A stretch of DNA of 43,597 bases from a virus. Lineage: Duplodnaviria; Caudoviricetes. Position 1 is the first letter of the stretch, and each line of letters starts with the position of its first letter. Shown piece after piece: positions 1 through 8,679 of this stretch. The stretch covers positions 1 through 43,597 of the IMG/VR virus record IMGVR_UViG_3300037423_001234, one strand, 5' to 3'. The position numbers and the translations under genes were made by a program. Under the pieces are notes generated by a model. That model worked only from the letters and a program-made list of their open reading frames with translations. It was not told the DNA's origin and made no database searches.

Positions 1-31
1 TGCAAAGAAATCGTTAAGAAGTTTCAGGGTG
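1..31. repeat. 31-nt terminal overlap (identical to 43567..43597)
   Basis: tgcaaagaaatcgttaagaagtttcagggtg is at both ends, typical of assembly circularity. Confidence 0.97.
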
Positions 32-498
32 TTCACCGTGGGGGAATGATTGTATACGGTGATGCCACAAGCTTGAAAGAGGAGACCGACAAAGAGCCAG
101 GGGAAAACTTCTTTACCGACATCCTTGAGGGGCTCAGGGTATTCAATCCAAAACTCAAAGTGCCTTTAAAAAATCCTCCTGTTGCCTCGAAAGGAGCATT
201 CATAAACCTAATCCTGGAAAAAAACTATCGCGACATCTCAATTGAGATTGACACTGACTGCAAAATATCGATCAATGACTACGCTTATGCAGTCGAGGAT
301 GAGGACGGCACAATCTTAAAAAAACGTATCACCGACCCTAACACAAAGATCAGCTATGAACAGCACGGGCACAGCATCGATGCTATGAGTTATTTCATCT
401 GTGAAGCTTTTCTTCAGGATTTCAATTATTACCTTAGTGGAGGAGTTACACCTCGGTACGATGTAGGTACAGACAGAGATTATAAATTCGAGCGTTGA
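1..498 (+). CDS. terL: Terminase large subunit, C-terminal nuclease part (continues from 42628 across the circular junction)
   Basis: Frame 1 is open from base 1. VYGDAT and HGHSIDAMSY are RNase H-fold terminase nuclease motifs. It is in frame with 42628..43597. Confidence 0.9.
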   Translation, partial: CKEIVKKFQGVHRGGMIVYGDATSLKEETDKEPGENFFTDILEGLRVFNPKLKVPLKNPPVASKGAFINLILEKNYRDISIEIDTDCKISINDYAYAVEDEDGTILKKRITDPNTKISYEQHGHSIDAMSYFICEAFLQDFNYYLSGGVTPRYDVGTDRDYKFER

Positions 499-519
499 AA
501 TAGGATAATTCATTAATCT

Positions 520-553
520 TTCCCAAATTTGGAAAAATACCAATATCGGGAAT
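520..553. promoter_or_regulatory. Palindromic boxes TTCCCAAATTTGGAA and CCAATATCGG upstream of the head operon
   Basis: The same 15-mer recurs at 7432-7446. The core CCAAATTTGG is a perfect palindrome. Confidence 0.6.
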
Positions 554-1028
554 GGCTTACCTTGCAAAAAGCGACTACACGCTATCCATCGCGATTGATC
601 ACCTGAACGAAATTCTCGAACAGGCCGCTTATACCTCCGGTCTCACACCTGACAACATTCTCGCAAACGCTGAAGCATGGGCAAAAGCCCTTGTAAAGTC
701 ATATCTGACAGCCAAATACAACATTGCTTCCGAGTACGCTAAAGGAGAAGATGATACCTCTCGCAATGTGCTGGTGATGCAGGTGACAATCGATCTGGCC
801 TTATGCCAAGTTCATAAAACAGTCAATCCCCGTGATATTCCTGAGCTTCGGGAAAAAGCCTGTGACGCGGCGACGCAATGGCTGAAAGATGCCCGCGACA
901 GTCTGGTGGTCGTTGATCTCCCAGCGGCCCCCAATAACTCAGAAGGAAAACCGCCATACCCCACGACATTTCTCGGAAGTCAAACGAAGTTTATTTCAAA
1001 ACCTTTTTCTGACGCTTCACTGCAATGA
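552..1028 (+). CDS. Head-tail adaptor, Mu gp36/DUF1320-like
   Basis: SYL..KY, DLAL..., P...R..A..WLK pattern; lies directly before the portal. Confidence 0.75.
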   Translation: MAYLAKSDYTLSIAIDHLNEILEQAAYTSGLTPDNILANAEAWAKALVKSYLTAKYNIASEYAKGEDDTSRNVLVMQVTIDLALCQVHKTVNPRDIPELREKACDAATQWLKDARDSLVVVDLPAAPNNSEGKPPYPTTFLGSQTKFISKPFSDASLQ

Positions 1029-2308
1029 GTAAACGCAATAACAAACACCGCTACCGTGAGGCGTCAAACGCTGTTATAAGTTACGAGGGCAAGCCACAGG
1101 AGCGCAAGAACAGCCCGATAAAATACATTCTCGAGCAGCAGAAATTGCGTACTCGTCAGGATTTGTTAAAACTCAGGCTGGCCATTGATTGCGCCGAGAA
1201 CGTCATAAATCCAAACAGGCAATTATTACACGACATCTACCGGGATGTTGAAAAAGACCCGTCTTTCCATTCGAATTGGACAAGCCGTAAAATGAAAGTA
1301 ACTGAAAAGCCTTTCAAGGTACGCAAGCCAGGTGGGGATGAGAATGAACAGCTTACCGAAATATTGGAAGCACCATGGTTTTTCCAGTGGATAGACGCAG
1401 CGATGGACGCAAGGAAGTGGGATTTCTCACTCATAGAATTCGGCCCGCTGGATATCAAATCAGGATGCTTCCAGCCCTACAAAGTTGGCAACAAATTCTA
1501 TGACCCGATTACAGTTATAGACCGCGACAACGTAAAGCCTGAGCTTGGAATAATTACTTCAATTCCTGGTGATGTTACCGGGGTTTCTTTCGATGATAAA
1601 AAGTTTTCGGATTACCTCATGTTCGTGGGGGATTTCCATTTAGGCACTGGTCTATTATGGAAAGCAACAAAATACATTTTGTTCAAAGATAATGCTCTCG
1701 GTAACTGGTCGGAATGGGCTGAGGTTTTCGGGATGGATAAGCGTGTAGGGTATACCGATGTGGACGGCCCGCCTCGGGATGCTTTCATTAAAGCGCTTCG
1801 TGACATGGGATCAAACGCTTACGGGGTCTTCTCAACACGTGATAAAGTTGAATACCTAGGCACCCAGCGCACTGACGCTTACAAAGTGTATTCAGAAATG
1901 CTGAAATACATCGATGAGCAATTGTCAAAGCTTGTGTTTGGTCAGGATGTGGTCTCAAATAATACGGGAAAAGTTGTCGGATCTGTCGGGGAGAATATTG
2001 CAAACATGTATGGAGACAATGACGCAAGATTTATTAAATCCCTTGTTAATACTCGTTTGTTCCCTCTTATGGAAAACCTGGGCTTTAATTGGCAGGGACA
2101 TGTTTTCGATTGGGATACAACGGAAAAACTTTCATTGATAGATCGATCTAAGGTTGATGCTCTTATAAGTAGTGATATGGGTATGCAGCACTCAGCCGAT
2201 TACATCAACAACACATATGGGACTGATGTAGAAGTAAAACCTGAGCCAGATATGAATAATCCTGCTGACGTTAATAAGAAAGTAAAAAACACTTATGACG
2301 GAGCTTGA
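1025..2308 (+). CDS. Portal protein, Mu gp29/DUF935-like
   Basis: 427 aa; WSEWAEVFGM, DEQLSKLVFGQ and VNTRLFP motifs; position after terminase. Confidence 0.85.
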   Translation: MSKRNNKHRYREASNAVISYEGKPQERKNSPIKYILEQQKLRTRQDLLKLRLAIDCAENVINPNRQLLHDIYRDVEKDPSFHSNWTSRKMKVTEKPFKVRKPGGDENEQLTEILEAPWFFQWIDAAMDARKWDFSLIEFGPLDIKSGCFQPYKVGNKFYDPITVIDRDNVKPELGIITSIPGDVTGVSFDDKKFSDYLMFVGDFHLGTGLLWKATKYILFKDNALGNWSEWAEVFGMDKRVGYTDVDGPPRDAFIKALRDMGSNAYGVFSTRDKVEYLGTQRTDAYKVYSEMLKYIDEQLSKLVFGQDVVSNNTGKVVGSVGENIANMYGDNDARFIKSLVNTRLFPLMENLGFNWQGHVFDWDTTEKLSLIDRSKVDALISSDMGMQHSADYINNTYGTDVEVKPEPDMNNPADVNKKVKNTYDGA

Positions 2309-3137
2309 TGTTATAGCGAAAGTTGAAGGAGGTCCACCGGACATTAATCCGGATAATTTCATTGTGCCATTTTCGGAACAGGATGTTGAAATGTATTTGC
2401 TCGGAGTATGGGCTGAGGCGATCACAAAGGACCGGCTTTCACTTGACTATCACGAAAAAGTCGCTGTATCCCTTGAGGATGCAATGATTATCGGCTTTGG
2501 TGGATCACAAACGAAATTCATCATTGACTCACCGCAGTATAGAACATTTCTGAAGCTGAGAGAAAATATTTACGTTTTCTCCGCGGCAAAGCAATATCAG
2601 CAGGTTCGCGTCATGAGTCAGTTTATCTCAAACAACGGGGTAAGGTCAACATTTCCGGAGTTTAAGGAGCTGGCAAAAAAAGTATTCACCGAGTACAACG
2701 AGCAGTATTTACGCAGCGAGTGGGTAACAGCAATCGGTCAAAGCCAGATGGCCCGCGAATGGATCGAGGCTGACACAAAAAAAGACATAATACCCTATCT
2801 GCAGTACCGAACACAGCGGGACTCACGCGTTCGGGATGAGCATGCAATTTTAGATGGTATTACTCTCCCTGTTGAACACAAATTCTGGAATAACTACATG
2901 CCAAAAAATGGCTGGCGTTGTCGGTGTTTCACTGTGTCGCTTGAAAAAGCTGATGTTACGGATTTGGCCACAAAAGATCTCAGCGAATTGGGTGACGAGA
3001 AGAAATTCCCGAAAGTTTTCCGGATGAATCCTGGAAAAGACGGACTGATATTCAATCCAAAGTATCATCCTTATTTCTTTGTTGCTAGGGGTGATGCTGA
3101 TTTGAAGGCAAACAACTTTAACATGCCTGTACCATGA
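2295..3137 (+). CDS. Minor head protein, Mu gpF/SPP1 gp7 family
   Basis: YLQYRT..DSRVR.EH..LDG....W....P.NGWRCRC signature. Confidence 0.9.
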   Translation: MTELDVIAKVEGGPPDINPDNFIVPFSEQDVEMYLLGVWAEAITKDRLSLDYHEKVAVSLEDAMIIGFGGSQTKFIIDSPQYRTFLKLRENIYVFSAAKQYQQVRVMSQFISNNGVRSTFPEFKELAKKVFTEYNEQYLRSEWVTAIGQSQMAREWIEADTKKDIIPYLQYRTQRDSRVRDEHAILDGITLPVEHKFWNNYMPKNGWRCRCFTVSLEKADVTDLATKDLSELGDEKKFPKVFRMNPGKDGLIFNPKYHPYFFVARGDADLKANNFNMPVP

Positions 3138-3514
3138 GCAAATTTAAGTTCAGAGAAAAGGCGCAAAAATTCAGATCTCGCAAAAGCGCTATCCTTGAAA
3201 AGATGGCGAATAACGCTGTCATCTATTTTAAGGTTGACAGCTTTGATAAACAATCTTTTGACGGCAGGCATTGGGCACCATTAAAAAAACCTGATGGCCG
3301 ACAGCCACTGGTAAAAACCGGGCGCATGCGTCAAAGCATAACGATACTGAAGCGCACGAGCGATACCCGTTTGGTTGGATCGGAAGTTCCTTATGCGGGA
3401 TTTCAGAATAGGGGGACGGCCCACATACCCGGACGACAATTCATTGGCCATAGCAGGGAATTGGAGGCTAAAAACAAAGCTTATTTAATTCAACAAACAG
3501 GCAACATACTTTGA
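3134..3514 (+). CDS. Virion morphogenesis/neck protein (Mu gpG/P2 gpS-like)
   Basis: W.PLK, L..TGRMR.SI, VGS.VPYA..QN.G and IP.RQFIG motifs. Confidence 0.85.
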   Translation: MSKFKFREKAQKFRSRKSAILEKMANNAVIYFKVDSFDKQSFDGRHWAPLKKPDGRQPLVKTGRMRQSITILKRTSDTRLVGSEVPYAGFQNRGTAHIPGRQFIGHSRELEAKNKAYLIQQTGNIL

Positions 3515-4038
3515 AACCACTGTTTAAATATCTCGAGGCGCAGATTGGCAGGCGCGTCCCTAGTGTAAAATCAGTGAGGATGTGGAATAACCAACTCATG
3601 CATTCCAATCAAAGTAAAACCACTCGTATGGGTAGCGGATTCCGGGATGAGAAGCCCGTAAAGTATCCGGCGTGTTTCATTGAATTCATTATTGAAGAAA
3701 CCAATAGTTTACCATTGGGAATTGTGGATTATATGTTGACAGTCCGGTTCAGGTTTGGAATTGAGAGCTACAAATTCCAACGAATAGAAACATTTGATTT
3801 CTGCGATCAGTTTTTAGCTGAAGTCCAGCTGATGGCCCCGAGTAGTGATAGCGGATTGACTTTCACCACGCTTCAATTAATGAAACCAGAATTTGACGAG
3901 GATCATAACAACGTGGAGTCTCCTTATCTGGATTTCAGAACGAGATACCGTAGTGACGTGGCGTATCAGAGAGCAAAGGATAGACTCGCCACCGGCGTAA
4001 CACCCATAACACAACCATTAATTGTAACCGCTGTATAA
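3511..4038 (+). CDS. Putative tail completion/terminator protein
   Basis: WNNQ...YPACFIEF motif; position after the neck gene. Confidence 0.6.
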   Translation: MKPLFKYLEAQIGRRVPSVKSVRMWNNQLMHSNQSKTTRMGSGFRDEKPVKYPACFIEFIIEETNSLPLGIVDYMLTVRFRFGIESYKFQRIETFDFCDQFLAEVQLMAPSSDSGLTFTTLQLMKPEFDEDHNNVESPYLDFRTRYRSDVAYQRAKDRLATGVTPITQPLIVTAV

Positions 4039-4039
4039 A

Positions 4040-4909
4040 ATGGCCCGAACACTAGAAACCATACAGACCGAAATAAAAACCGCTGTCAGAACTTACCCAA
4101 GCCTTGATGATTTCAAGTTTCCGGAAGACGGAGGCAGCCTGGTCTCAATTTTCAATGTAATCATTTATGTTGTGGCGGCCTCAATATATACCCTCGAGGT
4201 CATGATTGACGTTTTACAGGCAACAATACAATCAATTGCCGACAGCGCCCCTTCTGGAAATGCTAAATGGGTACAGCGCCAGATATTAAATTTTCAGTAT
4301 GGGGATGTTGTGACCATTACCAATTTTGTCCCTGGGTATGTCGTCATTGACACCACAAAACGAATTGTAACCCGCTGCAGCGTTAAGCAACTGGGATCTG
4401 GCGTGATCGCTATAAAGGTTGCCACAGGTACAGCGCCATCGCTTACGCCTCTCAGCGCTCCTCAGCTATCAGCATTGAAAAATTATTATTTCGGGACCGC
4501 CACAACCGAAGGGATTGGGTTTGCAGGTGTTCGAGCCACGTTTATAAATCTTGATCCGGATCGGATGTATGTTGAGGGTACAGTTTATTTCCTCGGGCAA
4601 TACATTCAAGCCGATGTAAAAACTGCGGTGATTGCGGCTATAGATAATTTCTTTGCTACGTTCGCTGATACTGCTTTTGATGGCACTGTTTACGTTATTC
4701 GCCTGATCGATGCCATTCAGGCCGTGCCGGGTGTTTCTCGGGTTGTCCTCTCAAACGTTAAGGCCAGACAATCAACTGTTGCGCTCGGATCTGCCACCGT
4801 AATTGATTTGCAGGGGTATTATACCACCGTAGCGGGTTATCTAATCTCCGAGGACACAGCGAGCAACACACTGAACGATAAGATCACAATGGTTGAGGAA
4901 AGTATATGA
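4040..4909 (+). CDS. Baseplate J-like wedge protein
   Basis: MART...I N-terminus, W.....L.FQYG, and C-terminal FDG....LIDAIQAVPGV. Confidence 0.75.
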   Translation: MARTLETIQTEIKTAVRTYPSLDDFKFPEDGGSLVSIFNVIIYVVAASIYTLEVMIDVLQATIQSIADSAPSGNAKWVQRQILNFQYGDVVTITNFVPGYVVIDTTKRIVTRCSVKQLGSGVIAIKVATGTAPSLTPLSAPQLSALKNYYFGTATTEGIGFAGVRATFINLDPDRMYVEGTVYFLGQYIQADVKTAVIAAIDNFFATFADTAFDGTVYVIRLIDAIQAVPGVSRVVLSNVKARQSTVALGSATVIDLQGYYTTVAGYLISEDTASNTLNDKITMVEESI

Positions 4910-5085
4910 TCCTGAATTCTGTTCTGATAGGGCTATTGGTAATTGTATCAGCTGGATTTGTGGCAGTGATGATAAACTTAGGCTACCACAAAGCGCAGTC
5001 AGAAAAGAAGGATAAGCAGATCAAAATGTTAATGGAACGCATATGGAATTTAAAGAAAGTGATCAAGGATAATGGGCTTATTTGA
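4906..5085 (+). CDS. Small single-pass membrane protein (59 aa, not in ORF track)
   Basis: MILNSVLIGLLVIVSAGFVAVMINLGYHKAQSEKKDKQIKMLMERIWNLKKVIKDNGLI; ATGA overlap with the upstream stop; fills the gap. Confidence 0.7.
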   Translation: MILNSVLIGLLVIVSAGFVAVMINLGYHKAQSEKKDKQIKMLMERIWNLKKVIKDNGLI

Positions 5086-5416
5086 TACGACATGGAGCTT
5101 ACAGGCTGAAAAGTTATTGCCTCCGATATTGCGCGACTGCGATATCCAGGAGGATACTGGTGATTTTAAAACAGGTGATCCGGAAAATAACTACATCGAG
5201 TACATTATATTATCATCACCTGGCCACTGGAAAGAATTCCCGGTAGTAGGCGTGAACATTTATCAGTATTTGCTCGGGACCGAATCACCGCAGGTAATCC
5301 AGCGGAATATTTTATTGCAACTGAGGAACGACATTTTCGATAATCCATCAGTGAATATTAAGAAGTTTCCAACGATAGAGGTCAACAGCGTAACCATTAC
5401 AGCGGATGGCGTTTGA
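5072..5416 (+). CDS. Putative gp25/gpW-like baseplate protein (sheath initiator)
   Basis: GDF..GD....I..II....G.WKE.P.VGV pattern typical of Bacteroidota phage baseplate proteins. Confidence 0.55.
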   Translation: MGLFDTTWSLQAEKLLPPILRDCDIQEDTGDFKTGDPENNYIEYIILSSPGHWKEFPVVGVNIYQYLLGTESPQVIQRNILLQLRNDIFDNPSVNIKKFPTIEVNSVTITADGV

Positions 5417-5864
5417 TATTTTAACCCAACATGGCGGTACCGCCTTAAAAGACTTTTTGTCCTCGTTGCTCGCACCACTGCAGACGAATACGGACAATAT
5501 GAAGTCTTTCGAGACTGAGTATAACAAGCGCTCAAAGTTCAACGGACAGAAGATCGTTTTACAGGAGGCACTGAATAATATTTTCAGTGTGACCGTAGCC
5601 CCGTTCATTATAGTCGAGACGAACAACGTACCAGGTATAAACCTTTATGTTTTCGAGCCTGCTGAGAATTCGCCAATCATCGTAAAAGAGATTACGGAAG
5701 GAGATCCGCTTTACATATTCGAGTCAGGAGAGATAACGAGTGATTACAATTTCCTCGTTAAGATTCCTGTAGGAATTTATACCGCCGAACTCGACAGAAG
5801 GATTAAAGCAGAAACCAATCGATACAAAATTGTAGGAGTGACATTTACCACAGTAACATACTAA
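5406..5864 (+). CDS. Putative baseplate wedge protein (P2 gpI/Mu gp48 position)
   Basis: L..PL...NGQ...L..ALN..F and F.V.IP.....YK..G motifs; lies between J-like and fibre genes. Confidence 0.6.
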   Translation: MAFDILTQHGGTALKDFLSSLLAPLQTNTDNMKSFETEYNKRSKFNGQKIVLQEALNNIFSVTVAPFIIVETNNVPGINLYVFEPAENSPIIVKEITEGDPLYIFESGEITSDYNFLVKIPVGIYTAELDRRIKAETNRYKIVGVTFTTVTY

Positions 5865-5865
5865 C

Positions 5866-6645
5866 ATGAAAAAGATAGTTCAAACCGCAGATCTCGGAGG
5901 CGCGCCATTCTATAAATCAGATTTTGCAACTGTATTCAATGACGAGATATGGGATGCGGTGGAGGCATTACTCGCGCCGTTCTCTTCAGATACGGAGGGT
6001 ATTATTGTTAGTGGATGCGTGACTACCAACAACGCCGGCAACTTCGATATTACGGCGGGTATCGTTTATTTGAACGGCACTTTCATGAGGCTTGCCGCAG
6101 CAACAAACCAAACATACTCGAAATACATTGCACCAGCCAGTGTTGTAAATGACGGACGCACTTTTGCAGACGGATCGAGCCACACAGTCTTCACCACAGA
6201 AGTCGCTCAATTGCAAGGATCGGCCCCTGGCTCAGGACAATACATCGCGATTACTTCGCTGACTGATGCCGACGAACGGAGGCTTTCAAACAGGATCACA
6301 ACGATAACCAAGGTGCAAAACACCGGTCCGAAACTGAAGTACAAGTACTTTGCTGTTTCATGGAACATGGACACAACCGACAACATTACAATTGCCCATG
6401 GTATGTCCGCAACGGAATTACAAAAAATTATAAACGCTACCTGTCAGATATACTCAAACGCTAATGATGTTCCTGATGATCTGTGCGGCGGTGAAGGTGG
6501 AGGAGGAACGCCATTCACTTTTGTAAGAGGTAATATTGGCTGGAACTCAACCAATATTGTTTTGGCTAGAAGAATAGGCGGCTACTTTGACAATGCCTCC
6601 TGGAATGCAGCTACTGGTCATCTGATTGTGTGGTACATGGAGTAA
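5866..6645 (+). CDS. Putative tail fibre/baseplate-attached protein
   Basis: IVSGC....I..G.VY.NG N-terminal anchor; beta-rich; position after the wedge genes. Confidence 0.6.
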   Translation: MKKIVQTADLGGAPFYKSDFATVFNDEIWDAVEALLAPFSSDTEGIIVSGCVTTNNAGNFDITAGIVYLNGTFMRLAAATNQTYSKYIAPASVVNDGRTFADGSSHTVFTTEVAQLQGSAPGSGQYIAITSLTDADERRLSNRITTITKVQNTGPKLKYKYFAVSWNMDTTDNITIAHGMSATELQKIINATCQIYSNANDVPDDLCGGEGGGGTPFTFVRGNIGWNSTNIVLARRIGGYFDNASWNAATGHLIVWYME

Positions 6646-6954
6646 TCAAAAGCAATGGAAATTATTTTTCTTGATAGTTTCCATCTCTATTTCACACAGA
6701 GCCACGTCAGTTAAAAGCAATAACATTTCATCCTCCACCAATTGCTCCTGCTGTAGTTGATCGGAGTCTTCTAAATCATATTTTTCGAGCGTTACTGAAA
6801 GCTCGTCAGCCTTTGACTTTTTCTCGTTCCGCTCTTTTTCGTACTGTTTATAGTGTGATACAGCCTCTTTACAGGTGTGTGACTCGCAGGCAGTAAGGCA
6901 AATCCATCCAACCAGAATAATCAAAATGGGTCTCATAAAATGTCCGATTTTCAA
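6646..6954 (-). CDS. Putative lipoprotein moron (coiled coil)
   Basis: Hydrophobic signal ending CLTAC (lipobox-like); oriented opposite to the structural genes; start may be the internal MRPIL. Confidence 0.6.
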   Translation of the reverse strand: MKIGHFMRPILIILVGWICLTACESHTCKEAVSHYKQYEKERNEKKSKADELSVTLEKYDLEDSDQLQQEQLVEDEMLLLLTDVALCEIEMETIKKNNFHCF

Positions 6955-7373
6955 TTATGAATTGATATCAAAATTCTATCGATATGCTCTCCATCATCGC
7001 TACGACACACAATAATATATTGTCGATAAATAGTATCAAGCATGAATACATATCCATCTTCAAGGGCATTATTCTTTGTCGCATCAAAGTATTTCAGTTT
7101 TCCAACTGGCGCATCGATTAAAGAGATAAATGATGTGTCCGATGATATGATTGGATTGTCCTTGTAAAAAGTTATTTCTACACTTCTACATGGACCGAAG
7201 CCAGTTTTCCATTTAGGCCTAACGTATCCGTTATTGAACCCGAAAATCAAATTATTGCTTTGTTTTCTAAGTTCTTTTTCATCTTTCCCTATCAAGGCGA
7301 ACGCCGGAATCTTATTCTGACCAGACAAAAGCAGAGGCCAAAAGATGATCAATAGAAGAATCCGGCACTTCAT
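6951..7373 (-). CDS. Putative secreted moron protein
   Basis: Signal peptide MKCRILLLIIFWPLLLSG-Q (Gln after cleavage, common in Bacteroidota). Confidence 0.6.
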   Translation of the reverse strand: MKCRILLLIIFWPLLLSGQNKIPAFALIGKDEKELRKQSNNLIFGFNNGYVRPKWKTGFGPCRSVEITFYKDNPIISSDTSFISLIDAPVGKLKYFDATKNNALEDGYVFMLDTIYRQYIIVCRSDDGEHIDRILISIHN

Positions 7374-7431
7374 ATATCCTAAAACTCGGTCAAAACTCTA
7401 GGCCGCCACGCCAGATGTAAGAAAATATTTA

Positions 7432-7500
7432 TTCCCAAATTTGGAATTATCATTCCTGTTTCTGTACTTTATCCCAATATTGGAATCAAGCCAAATTGGA
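7432..7500. promoter_or_regulatory. Three palindromic boxes upstream of the protease/capsid operon
   Basis: TTCCCAAATTTGGAA 7432-7446, TCCCAATATTGGAAT 7472-7486, CCAAATTGGA 7491-7500. Confidence 0.65.
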
Positions 7501-8641
7501 GACGTTACAACACCAGAAAAAGCTCATTTTTACCAATCGTGTAATTGGTGATCGAGTTTTTATGCTGCTGGACAAGGGTATTGGCAAAATTGAAGACGAC
7601 ACCGACCCATTCATTTACGGCTCTGCATTCGCGGAGGAAATGTACTACTGGAAGTCTCAGGGTAAACAAATCACTGTAAAAATTAACTGTCCTGGGGGCG
7701 CAATATTCGATGGTTGGTCCATGATCGATGCCATACGCGAGACTGACGCCAGCACAGAAAATGTCGGCATGGCTTACTCAATGGGTGGCATATGCCTACT
7801 CTTTGGTAAAAAGCGCACTGCCTACGATTACGCCACTGCAATGATCCATGCCCCACGCGGAGGCAATAAGCAACTACTCGAAATCATACGGGGACAATTC
7901 AAAGAACTTCTCGAGAAGCGAACAAAGTTCACTGATGCCGAAATCAAGAACATGATGGACTCAGGCAAAGATTTCTTTTTCAATGCTCAGGAAATGCTCG
8001 AGAAAGGAATCGTTGATGAGATCATTGCTACGGGTAAATCAAAACCATCCGCTGACCTGTCTGTCAAAAAACTGCACACCATTTATAATTCATTCATAGA
8101 AAAACCAAATCAAGAAGATATGGACTTCAAAGCCATTTTAGCCAAGCTCACTGGCAAAGAAAGTGAAGCAGAAGGTATTGTAGCCGTGACCGAAATGAAG
8201 AATCAGGTCGAAGCTCAAAAAGCAACCATTACTGCGAAGGAAACTGAAATCGCTGATCTGAAAGCGAAGCTGAAAAAAGCTGAAGACGAGTCCAAGGCAG
8301 CATCCGAAAAAACTAAAGCTGTTGACCTGGTTAACGCAGCCGAGAAAGAAGGCAAGCTGAAGTTTAAGACACCGGAAGACAAAGCAAAGATGATTGAAGA
8401 CGCTACGGTAAACTTCGAGTTATTCAAGCGTATGATCGACACCATGCCGGTACAGGTGAAAAAGACTGTAGCCGCAGCAACTATCCCAAGCACTGAAGGT
8501 AAAGAAAAGATTCTTTCCTACGAGTATCTGGCGAAGAACGATCCGAAAGAACTCGCCCGTCTATATGAAGACGACCGTGAATTGTTCGACAAGCTCTCCG
8601 ATGAGTATAACGCAAAGATGCGCGAACAGAACGCAGAATAA
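7496..8641 (+). CDS. ClpP-like (S14) prohead protease fused to a coiled-coil scaffold
   Basis: INCPGG..FDG, GMAYSMG (catalytic Ser), MIHAP (His), A.E..EKG.VDEI; charged helical C-terminal half. Confidence 0.9.
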   Translation: METLQHQKKLIFTNRVIGDRVFMLLDKGIGKIEDDTDPFIYGSAFAEEMYYWKSQGKQITVKINCPGGAIFDGWSMIDAIRETDASTENVGMAYSMGGICLLFGKKRTAYDYATAMIHAPRGGNKQLLEIIRGQFKELLEKRTKFTDAEIKNMMDSGKDFFFNAQEMLEKGIVDEIIATGKSKPSADLSVKKLHTIYNSFIEKPNQEDMDFKAILAKLTGKESEAEGIVAVTEMKNQVEAQKATITAKETEIADLKAKLKKAEDESKAASEKTKAVDLVNAAEKEGKLKFKTPEDKAKMIEDATVNFELFKRMIDTMPVQVKKTVAAATIPSTEGKEKILSYEYLAKNDPKELARLYEDDRELFDKLSDEYNAKMREQNAE

Positions 8642-8679
8642 CCACACACATTTTCACACGCACACATCACACCTAAAAT

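Noticed and set aside
552-4038. Transposable Mu-like phage
   Set aside because: Head genes are Mu-like, but there is no DDE transposase or MuB; a tyrosine integrase and attP are present.
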